Shown piece by piece: positions 9,301 to 16,869 of a stretch of 64,000 nt of DNA (position 1 is the first letter of the stretch; each line of letters starts with the position of its first letter). Both the position numbers and the translations under genes were made by a program. The DNA comes from Acidobacteriota bacterium (GTDB lineage: Bacteria; Acidobacteriota; UBA890; WLXD01): NCBI GenBank assembly GCA_963666215.2, contig CAXWPL010000003.1, forward strand, positions 1 through 64,000. The letters run 5' to 3'. Below the pieces are notes generated by a model. The model was not told where the DNA came from. It made no database searches and was given only the letters and a program-made list of their open reading frames with translations.

Positions 9301-9473
9301 CGGAGCCCGGAGAAGAGCTCCGCGCCAGGAGAGAACGTGGACTCCTGAACGACGTTCAAAGCCTCCGGCAGCGGCGCCATCGTGACGAGTGCCCCTGCCG
9401 CTGGCATCAGCACGAGGACCGCCAATGCACTCCAACTCGGCACGAGATCTAGGTTGGTCAAACCTGCACCCAT
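6336..9473 (-). CDS. Secreted VPS10/BNR (Asp-box) beta-propeller glycosyl hydrolase-like protein
   Basis: 'LRWRNIGPDRGGRS', repeated 'K/RSxDGGxTW' Asp-boxes, 'HSDQHDIWIDP', 'GNDGG', C-terminal coiled coil. Confidence 0.88.
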   Translation of the reverse strand: MGAGLTNLDLVPSWSALAVLVLMPAAGALVTMAPLPEALNVVQESTFSPGAELFSGLRWRNIGPDRGGRSIAVAGHPGRPLEYYFGATGGGLWKTTDGGITWAPVTDGQIGSSSVGSVAVAESDPDVVWMGTGEGQLRGNVMQGDGIYKSTDGGITWSHAGLRHSRVIPRIRIHPDDPDTVFAAVLGDPYRDTPERGVYKTSDGGRTWIRVLFKSEKAGAIDLAMDPNDPETLYATMWQVYRRPYRLWSGGPDSALYKTTDGGATWSELTRNPGLPALGPLGKMGVTVSPADSGRLYLLIEHEHGGLYRSNDGGSTWTHAAGNREIWQRPFYFMRLGAHPRERDALFVLSAGLWSSTDSGATYQGIRTAHSDQHDIWIDPGDPDRMIIGNDGGPTITTNGGQSWSSQNVPTAQIYRVATTTDFPYHVTGAQQDNSTIAVPSRGSAPRTGFSLGPVPAMYAVGGGENSDIAPHPTDPDIFFSSMQYVVTKFDRRTGQTVLFGPYPRMEMGSPAAEHRERWNWLVPLTFSPVPPHALYVGSQHLWRSEDFGESWAKISPDLTYADPQTLQETGGPIRTDQDGPEVYGTVFAIAPSRLDADTVWVGSDDGLVHVTRNGGDSWSNVTPPDMPKDTRVSAIDASPHDPATAYVAGKRYEMADRRPYLWKSNDYGATWVRIDDGIAADDFTHVIRADPSRRGLLFCGTEHGVHVSFDDGAAWQPLGLNLPDVQVSDLEINGNDLVAATHGRSFWVLDNISVLRQLTPEVESSDAHVFDPADEVTSVTPVRIDYYLGRPAREVTVEIFDTNGRRARAFVEGPSESGMNRVTWGGRYEPPTVWNGIVLEGGRPRGPLAPPGEYEAWVNIDGRTFTRRFEILIDPRHHEVTAADLRARFELALRIRDETTIANEMVLMIRDLEAQMAGTEQQLAEADVGPDVAGQIAAAAGQLTPDLVAIKDTIYQPLMVVSRDRLAFPIRLNNRLSGLLNALQRGDARPTEAYQRVFDELAAELDDLQTRLDIILEDQLVPLNRLMESVDLPVLRYELPYSRR

Positions 9474-9585
9474 TCACCCCGCAACACGCCGACCGGACGT
9501 TCGGCGCTGGTTACGAATCTGCGTTTCGTCTGGCCGCCCATTCAAGCACAGGCGGCGAGCGCATCGTCCAACCTTCGTTATGCGG

Positions 9586-10991
9586 GGGATGTCACAGGCT
9601 CCGTTGAAAAAGGGTGACGGTGATCCGACCTCGATAGTGTGTCGGGGTCAATCCACTGGCATGGAGGATCACCGTCATGAGCAAGAGTCGCAGAACAGAG
9701 ACAAGTAGGAAAGCGGAGCGCCAAGAGAACCCGCTCCTGGAGGCAGTGGTAGCGGCGCGATCGGATCTACGAGCGCTGGTCATGGACGCGGGCTTCGGGG
9801 TGTTGGGTTCGCTGCTGGAAGAAGACCGGGCGGAGCTCTGCGGAGAGCGCTACGCGCGGTCACAGCAGCGGCGGGCGTACCGACACGGCTACGACGAGGG
9901 CTCGCTGGTGATGGGCGGCCGGCGGGTCAAGGTACGCAAGCCGCGGGCTCGGAGCGTCGATGGCCAAGAGCTGCCGCTGCCGCACTGGGAGAGGTTCAAG
10001 GCAACAGATCCGCTCGAAGAGCGCGCCGTAGAGCAGATCCTGTGCGGCGTCACGACGCGCAAGTACGAGCGCTCGTTAGAGCGGCTCGACGACGGGCGAG
10101 CTTCGTCGGGAACGAGTCGCTCGAGTGTGTCGCGGCGGTTCGTAGCGCGTACAGCCAAGCAGGTGCAGCAGTACCTGGCCCAACCGCTCAATGAAGTGGA
10201 CCTGCCGGTGCTGGTGATCGACGGCACGCACATGGGCAAGCACTTGTTGGTGATCGCCATGGGCATCGACGCGGACGGCGTCAAGCATGTGCTGGGTGCC
10301 GTAGAGGGCACCACGGAGAGCTCCCACGTGTGCCGGTCGCTGCTGCGGCAGTTGATCGAGCGCGGCATGCCCGTCGAACGGGCGCGGTTGGTGGTAATCG
10401 ATGGCTCCAAGGGCCTCCGTAAAGCAGTGCGCGACACGTTCGGCGAGTGGGCCCTGATCCAGCGCTGCCGTGTCCACAAGATCAAGAACGTATTGGAGCA
10501 TCTGCCAGGGCATATCCGGCCCTGGTTCGCAGCCAAGATCCGCAAGGCGTGGAAGGCGGAGACGGCCACGGCAGCGACCAAGCAGCTCGACGCCGTGGTC
10601 AAGGAGCTGGAGACCGATCACCCCGGTGCAGCGGCCTCGCTCAGAGAAGGAATGCAAGAGACGCTCACCGTCACTCGGCTCCGAGTTCAGGGGCCGCTGC
10701 TTCGGACGTTACGTTCAACGAATACGATCGAGAACCTGAACGGGACGATCAAACACGTCAGCCGCAACGTAAAGCGGTGGCGCTCCGGGAGCATGATCGT
10801 TCGATGGGCGGTTACTGCACTCATCGAGGCCGAGAGCAAGTTCCGGAGGGTTCGTGGCTACCGCGACATCGCCAAGCTCGAGGCCGCACTCAACACCGCC
10901 GTCGACGTTCCCCTTGAGCAGGAGCGCCGTACTGCGTAACAATCCCAACCACTTCACCGTCGCCTTAGTTCAACGGACGGTGGGACATCCC
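9586..10991 (+). mobile_element. IS256-family insertion sequence
   Basis: ~38-bp imperfect IRs GGGATGTCACAGGCTCCGTTGAAAAAGGGTGACGGTGA / rc GGGATGTCCCACCGTCCGTTGAACTAAGGCGACGGTGA. Exact ends uncertain by about 2 bp (G5/C5 runs); no TSD found. Confidence 0.9.
9677..10939 (+). CDS. IS256-family (Mutator-like) DDE transposase
   Basis: 'RHGY', 'VIDGTH', 'VIDGSKGL', 'QRCRVHKIKN' (CxxH), 'RSTNTIENLN'; GGAGG RBS. Confidence 0.95.
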   Translation: MSKSRRTETSRKAERQENPLLEAVVAARSDLRALVMDAGFGVLGSLLEEDRAELCGERYARSQQRRAYRHGYDEGSLVMGGRRVKVRKPRARSVDGQELPLPHWERFKATDPLEERAVEQILCGVTTRKYERSLERLDDGRASSGTSRSSVSRRFVARTAKQVQQYLAQPLNEVDLPVLVIDGTHMGKHLLVIAMGIDADGVKHVLGAVEGTTESSHVCRSLLRQLIERGMPVERARLVVIDGSKGLRKAVRDTFGEWALIQRCRVHKIKNVLEHLPGHIRPWFAAKIRKAWKAETATAATKQLDAVVKELETDHPGAAASLREGMQETLTVTRLRVQGPLLRTLRSTNTIENLNGTIKHVSRNVKRWRSGSMIVRWAVTALIEAESKFRRVRGYRDIAKLEAALNTAVDVPLEQERRTA

Positions 10992-11019
10992 CCGGCTGCC
11001 TGGCGATTGGAAGCGGAAG

Positions 11020-12354
11020 CTACTCGAGGTAACCGAGCGCCCGTAGACGGCGCTTCTGTTCGCGAGTTAACGAGACTGGGCCTGAGGTGTCGACCTCGCC
11101 GGCCATGGCGAGAAAACGCCCTACCCAGTCGTCGAGCTCGCGTTGCAACCGCTCAACCACGCCGGGGTTGTCGGCGGCGATGTCGACCTGCTCCGTGGGA
11201 TCAACGCGAAGATCAAACAACCGACCGTCGCTGAAGAACTTGTAGCCGCCTGAAATCAGAATGCGCTCGGTCTTGTGCTCGCTGACGATCGGCCGTGACT
11301 CGTTCTCCTGACCCGACCAAAGCGGCTCCAGATTGCCGCCCATGAACAGATCCGGCGTTTCAATCCCCGCAAGAGCCACCAGTGTCGGCGCGATGTCGAC
11401 AGCGCTCACGGTAGCGTCGATCCGCGCGCCACTGGCAACGCCCGGGCCGCGCATGATCAGCGGCACATGCAGCAGCTCGTTGTACAGCGAGTGGTTGTGC
11501 CGACCCCACTGTTGGTGCTCGCCGAACTCCTCGCCATGGTCGGCGAAGATCACGACGATCGTGTTGTCGAGAATCCCGAGCTCACGCAGGTGATCGAACA
11601 GGGTGCCGAGAATCTCGTCGGCGCGAAACAGCTCGGCGTCGTAGAGGTCGAGGAGATACTGATAGTCGCGCGGCGACATCTCCATCTCGCCGGCGTTAAT
11701 CCGGTCGATCTGCGTTCGGAAGATGCGCGCCGGCAGCTGCCCGTCGTAGTCGGACGCCCACTTGTCCCGATATTCGTCGGGAGGACCGTACGGCAGGTGC
11801 ACGTCGTAGGAGTGCAAGAACATGAAGAACGGCGCGTCGGCGGCGGCCTTCTCGCCGATCCACTCCTCGATCATGCTGGTATCGCCAAGCCCCTTGCCCT
11901 TGTCGTATGGGCTCTCGAGAAAAACATACGTCTCAAAGCCCTGCCGGTAGGTCTCGCCAACGAGCTGGGTGAAGGCTCCGGTCGCGTAGCCTGCGGCGCG
12001 GAAGGCCTCCGGCAAGGTGACGACGGACTCATCGAGAACCTGGCCGTGGTTGTGCACCCCGTGCACCGACGGGTACAGCGACGACAGCACCGACGTGTGC
12101 GAAGGCGCGGTGTTGGGTGCCTGCGAGTACGCGCGCAGGAATGTTGCGCCTTCGTCGGCCAGCGCGTCGATGTTGGGGGTCGTATCGCGCTCGTACCCGA
12201 TAGCCCCCACGTGGTCGCCGCGCAGCGTGTCCATCGAGATCAGGAGTACGTTCGGCTGGCTCTCGCTGCCACAACCCATGGCCGCAACGGCGAGCGCCGC
12301 CGCAACAAGGCTCCCTAGCGCGGGCACTGGGCGTTCTCTTGCGGGATTACTCAT
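11020..12354 (-). CDS. Sulfatase-like alkaline-phosphatase-superfamily lipoprotein (TxPSH variant)
   Basis: Lipobox-like 'AAMGC'; 'ISMDTLRGDH', 'APNTAPSH', 'FADHGEEF', 'HVPLI', C-terminal 'LRALGYL'. Start could be 12372. Confidence 0.85.
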   Translation of the reverse strand: MSNPARERPVPALGSLVAAALAVAAMGCGSESQPNVLLISMDTLRGDHVGAIGYERDTTPNIDALADEGATFLRAYSQAPNTAPSHTSVLSSLYPSVHGVHNHGQVLDESVVTLPEAFRAAGYATGAFTQLVGETYRQGFETYVFLESPYDKGKGLGDTSMIEEWIGEKAAADAPFFMFLHSYDVHLPYGPPDEYRDKWASDYDGQLPARIFRTQIDRINAGEMEMSPRDYQYLLDLYDAELFRADEILGTLFDHLRELGILDNTIVVIFADHGEEFGEHQQWGRHNHSLYNELLHVPLIMRGPGVASGARIDATVSAVDIAPTLVALAGIETPDLFMGGNLEPLWSGQENESRPIVSEHKTERILISGGYKFFSDGRLFDLRVDPTEQVDIAADNPGVVERLQRELDDWVGRFLAMAGEVDTSGPVSLTREQKRRLRALGYLE

Positions 12355-12437
12355 GACCTCGGATGGTACCAAAGGCAGGCCCGCGCGTTGTCGCCGCGGC
12401 CACCACCCCTGTTGAAGCGTTCCGTTTCCGGACCCGG

Positions 12438-14750
12438 TCAGAAGCGCAGCAGGTGCGTTGCTTTGAGGATGATCGCACGGTCGATGAGGGTGGGATCCTC
12501 GGTCAGCCGGCGCTCGTTGTAGACTAGGAACAGGTCCGCTCCGGGTGTATGGATGAAGTTGAGCCGCACATTCGAGAAGAACTGGTCGGTCAGGTTGTCG
12601 TACTGGAACAGCCCGGCCAGGAATACCCGCGTGTTGATGTCGTAAGAGATTCGCGTGCTCCAGAGGTTGGTCACGAAATCGCCGCCGGGCAGGTCGATAT
12701 CGTTGCGCGTCCAGCCGACCGCTGTCGACAACCTCGCGCCAGCGCGAAAGCCCGTCGTCAGGCGCAGCTGCTTGCGATGGCCACCGAAGAAGGTCCCCGT
12801 TGTGTAGTTTGCGTTGACATGGCCCACGCGGCTTGGATCGCTGACGAACTCGAAGTTCAACTCGTTGGACTCGAACGACCCGGTGGGAATGATCACACCC
12901 GGCACGATCTCGAACGGCAGGTCGAGCTGCTCGAAGGCGCGGTTGTGAGCGACGCTCAGCTTGTCACCGCGCTTGAGGAACAGATCCCAATCGAAGTGCC
13001 AGCGGCGCGTCAGCAAGCGGCCGTCGCGGTCGGTCAGATAGCGGTAGGAGACATGCGGCGTCTGGTTACGCACCCAGTTGGCCTCGTGGTACGGCGTCCA
13101 CATCACCGTGGTGTCGAGCTGCCGCAATCCGGTGCGATTGACGAAGCCGAGGCCCGGGTTGAAGTTCTCGCCGATCTCCATCACCGAGCCCGTGATACGC
13201 CAGTTCTGTGTGGCGCGCTGCAGAGATACCGCCCCCGCCCACGAATCCCCGCCTTCGAGATCGCTCTCGCTGGTGCTCATCCAAAAGCCGTCGGCGGTGG
13301 TGGAGTCGTCGAGGGCCCACCGTCCGTCGATCCCGATCGAACGGTTGAAGTCGCCATCCGACTGCTGGTTGGTGAACATCACGCCAACGCTCGATCGGTT
13401 GCCAAGGTCGCGGCGTAATCTCACCACGCTGTTGTTGGCCGACGAGACGTCACCAGAGCTGTCGGTTTGCAAGGACATCAGTCCGATTCCCCAGCTGCCC
13501 GCCTTTCCGGTGAGGCGTGCGCCGCCGAGGATGGAGACCTCGCTGCCATCGGAGATGCCGATGTTGCGCGAGTGAAAGCCGATCACGCGCGGCCCCTCGA
13601 AGCCCCCGAGTCCGAAGGCGAACAGCCCGGCGTTTTCGAGGAAGAACTCGCGTTTCTCCGGAAAGAACAACGGGAAGCGGGTCAAGTTGACCTGCACGTC
13701 GTCTGCCTCGACCTGCGCGAAGTCGGTGTTGACCGTGCCGTCGAGAGTCAGGTTCGGGGTGATGGTCCACTTGATGTCGAGGCCGCCGTCGCCCGACCAG
13801 TCCGTCGAATGGTCGCTGAAAGGAGTTTCATCAGGGCCCGACGGGAACTGCCCCACGTCACCCAGCGCGTACGGCTTGACCAGCAAATTGCGTGGCTCGC
13901 CGACCCCTTGCAACCCCACAAGCATGCCCGAGAGCGACATGCGCGTGGCGTTGTACTGTCGCGGCACCGGTGCCCAGTACACCTGCTCCGTCTTGCGCCG
14001 GATGGTGCGGCGGAAGTTGATCCCCCACGCCGGCAACTGGCCCGGCTCCCGATCGAAGCGCAGCGACCAGAAAGGAATCTCGATCTCTACCGCCCAGCCA
14101 TCGGGTGTTCGTGAGCCCGCGGCGTACCAGACCGCGTCCCAGTCGGCGTTGAAGGTCTGCTGCGCGCCTCTGCGTCCCTGGCCTCCACCCTCGCCGATGA
14201 TCTGCGCGTCGAACTTGGCGCCCAACGGGTTGGTCTCGAAAAAGAAGCCGTTGCGGTGATCGTGGTAGGTGTCGAGGGTCACCGCGAAGACGTCGTTGTT
14301 GTTGTGGGTCTCGTCGCGCCGCAGCACGCTCGCCACGATGCCCGAAGGGTTGCTGTCGTGCATTACGGCAGAGATGTAGAGCGAGGTCTCGTCGTACAGC
14401 AGCCGGACCTCCGTGGCCTCGGTCGGCGCCGCGCCCTCGTCGGGCTGTGATTGCACGAAGGTGTCGAGCAGGACGGCTCCGCGCCATTCCTCCAACTCCA
14501 CCACGCCGTCAATCCGCGGCGGGGCGGATGCACGCGCTGCGACCAGCTGGAACTCTAGATCGGCCTCAGTGACCGCCTCATCGTCGGGGTCCCCCACGGG
14601 GCCGCGCGACGATGCGGCCGCGGCGTGTCTGGAGGTGGCGTCTGCGGAACGATCACCGGACTGCTGGGTCTGTTGGGTCTGTAGAGCCAGGACCTCATCC
14701 ACGGCCGAATTCGCGGCGAGCGCAGCGCCCAGCAGGAGATAAATCAGCAT
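12438..14750 (-). CDS. DUF5916 / CBM9-like N-terminal domain outer-membrane protein
   Basis: Probable start MLIYLLLGAAL (signal peptide); 'IDGVVELEEW', 'WAVEIEIPFWSLRF', 'NTDFAQVEAD', 'NLTRFPLFFPEKREFFLE'; terminal Phe. Confidence 0.85.
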   Translation of the reverse strand: MLIYLLLGAALAANSAVDEVLALQTQQTQQSGDRSADATSRHAAAASSRGPVGDPDDEAVTEADLEFQLVAARASAPPRIDGVVELEEWRGAVLLDTFVQSQPDEGAAPTEATEVRLLYDETSLYISAVMHDSNPSGIVASVLRRDETHNNNDVFAVTLDTYHDHRNGFFFETNPLGAKFDAQIIGEGGGQGRRGAQQTFNADWDAVWYAAGSRTPDGWAVEIEIPFWSLRFDREPGQLPAWGINFRRTIRRKTEQVYWAPVPRQYNATRMSLSGMLVGLQGVGEPRNLLVKPYALGDVGQFPSGPDETPFSDHSTDWSGDGGLDIKWTITPNLTLDGTVNTDFAQVEADDVQVNLTRFPLFFPEKREFFLENAGLFAFGLGGFEGPRVIGFHSRNIGISDGSEVSILGGARLTGKAGSWGIGLMSLQTDSSGDVSSANNSVVRLRRDLGNRSSVGVMFTNQQSDGDFNRSIGIDGRWALDDSTTADGFWMSTSESDLEGGDSWAGAVSLQRATQNWRITGSVMEIGENFNPGLGFVNRTGLRQLDTTVMWTPYHEANWVRNQTPHVSYRYLTDRDGRLLTRRWHFDWDLFLKRGDKLSVAHNRAFEQLDLPFEIVPGVIIPTGSFESNELNFEFVSDPSRVGHVNANYTTGTFFGGHRKQLRLTTGFRAGARLSTAVGWTRNDIDLPGGDFVTNLWSTRISYDINTRVFLAGLFQYDNLTDQFFSNVRLNFIHTPGADLFLVYNERRLTEDPTLIDRAIILKATHLLRF

Positions 14751-15037
14751 CGAGAAACCGCGCACAGGACGCCTCGGTTCAGGAATCGGGGCGTCGGCAC
14801 CGCGGCCACCGCGACGGGTGTCTGCGGCGGTGCCACACTTCGCAGTGGGAGCTCGCATCTGTCTCTCTTGTACGATCGGGCGCGCAGGCGAAAAGCTAAC
14901 TCATCTGGGGTCGAGCCGACAGCAAGTTTCGGCAACCGACACCTCGATTACCGTGGGCTACATTGCGCGTCGCTGCGCCCCCGATGAAGGGGGCGCGCTG
15001 GCCCGCCCGAGCCTGACGGTGCTCGGCGAGGTTCACA

Positions 15038-16576
15038 TTGACAGAGATCTGGCTGGCCTTCGCGCTCTACTCCGCGGCCGCGATCGCCCTCGGCTGGCGC
15101 GCGGCTCGCAGCGCGGATAGGGGCGACGCGATCTGGACCGCGGGCCGCAGCCTCACGGCCTCCCAGGTCGGCGTGTCGATCTCGGCCGGATTCATGTCCG
15201 TTTCTTGGTCGTGCGTGTACGCCTCGCAGCTCTACTACTGGTACGGATTGGGAGCCGTGTGGCTGATCACTATCCCCTGGATCGCCGCGCTCTACGGCAT
15301 ACACCGGCTGGCGAGCCGCTACCACGGACTCGAGGCGTTCAGCCAGCCGGAGATGGTCGGGCAGCGTTTCGGTTCGGGGCCGCAGCGAATCGTCGCGCTG
15401 TCGCTGGCATTCGTGTTCCTCGTCTGGGGCGGCGCCGAGATCTACGTCGCCGCGAACCTGCTGAGCCCGTCGATGGCGGTCTCGCGCCCGCTGCTCATCC
15501 TGTTGATCGGGCTCGTTGTCGCAACGTACTCGGCGCTCGGTGGCTTCCGCGCCGTCGTCCACACCGATCGACTGCAGTACGCGCTGGTGGCGCTTTACAT
15601 CGCCCTCGTCGGCTGGCTGGCCGTTCACGGGCTCATGAGGGCCGACAGCGCCCCGAGCGCAGCCACCGGCTCCGGCGCCACGACGAGCGGCGCTCTGTCG
15701 GCGCTGCTCAGAGCCGACCTGCGGGGCGCCAAGTCGGCGCAGCCCTGGTGGCATCCGCTCGCTCCCGGGCTACCTCTCATTCTGATGACCACGGTCGCCT
15801 ACCTGCCCGGCTGGCTGTTCGAGACCGACCTCTGGCTACGCATCCAGGCGGCAGAGTCGCCGGCTGCGGCGCGCCGCGGCGTCCGCATTGCGGCGCTCAA
15901 CTCGTTGCTCTTCGTCGGGCTTCTGCCCGCGCTCATCGGCGTCGCGGCCCTGGCGCTCTTCCCGGTCGTCGACGGCGCGTTTCCCTCGCAGCTCGGCACC
16001 GAGGGCGACGCCATCTTCGCTGCCCTGGTAACGGCCTATGCGCCACCCTGGCTCGGGCTCGTGGTGGCCATCGGTCTGGTCGCGGCGGCGATGAGCACGA
16101 TCGACACGTGCACCAACGTGATGGCGCTGAGCATCGCCCGCGATTTGCCAGCCGCAAGCCGTCGCGACGCTGAGCACGCCGAGACAGAAAACGATGCCAA
16201 GCGGCGCGCGAGCTCGGCTACCGTCGGCCCACGAGCACGCCGCGCGAGCGTGCTCGCGGTCGGCGCGGCCTGTCTGTTCGCCCTCTTCACCGACTCGCTC
16301 TGGGACATCTTCTACCTCAGCTCCGGCATCCTCACCACGGCGGTGGCCTACCCGGTAGCCGCGGTATTCCTGCCCGCCGTGCGGCCTCAATCGGTCCTGT
16401 GGTCGTCGGCCTCCGGACTCGCCGCTACCGCGGGCGCCTACTTCGCCGAATCGCGAGGCCTGCTCGGCGTGATCGAGCCCGACTGGATGGCGGCTTCCGG
16501 CGTCGGCTTCATCCTCTGGGGAGCCGCGGCAGCTGTTGCCGGAGCCCTTCTGGGCCAATGGAGCTTGCGGCGCTAG
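15038..16576 (+). CDS. Sodium:solute symporter family protein
   Basis: Highly hydrophobic; 'YSALGGFRAVVHTDRLQ', 'AAAMSTIDT'; TTG start after GAGG. Confidence 0.88.
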   Translation: MTEIWLAFALYSAAAIALGWRAARSADRGDAIWTAGRSLTASQVGVSISAGFMSVSWSCVYASQLYYWYGLGAVWLITIPWIAALYGIHRLASRYHGLEAFSQPEMVGQRFGSGPQRIVALSLAFVFLVWGGAEIYVAANLLSPSMAVSRPLLILLIGLVVATYSALGGFRAVVHTDRLQYALVALYIALVGWLAVHGLMRADSAPSAATGSGATTSGALSALLRADLRGAKSAQPWWHPLAPGLPLILMTTVAYLPGWLFETDLWLRIQAAESPAAARRGVRIAALNSLLFVGLLPALIGVAALALFPVVDGAFPSQLGTEGDAIFAALVTAYAPPWLGLVVAIGLVAAAMSTIDTCTNVMALSIARDLPAASRRDAEHAETENDAKRRASSATVGPRARRASVLAVGAACLFALFTDSLWDIFYLSSGILTTAVAYPVAAVFLPAVRPQSVLWSSASGLAATAGAYFAESRGLLGVIEPDWMAASGVGFILWGAAAAVAGALLGQWSLRR

Positions 16577-16869
16577 CGAAGCGCGCGGACGAGACCACGC
16601 CCTCAGCCTGGTTCCAATGGCACTCGCCTCCCCCGACTCGGGCACGCGCCGAGGCCGACGTGGGCACGCCTCGCGCCTGCGGAACCACGAGTCACCTCAC
16701 GGATGTCGGCCGCGGACGAGCGTCGAGTCTCGAAGCCAGGGACCCCGGGGCCCGTGCTCCACTAGAATGCCCGGCGACACCCGCGAACCACGCACGGGCG
16801 GCAACAAGGCTCCTGGCGCTCACGCGTCGCGACCACCGCCCGCCCACCCTCTCTACCGTCAGGTCACCC

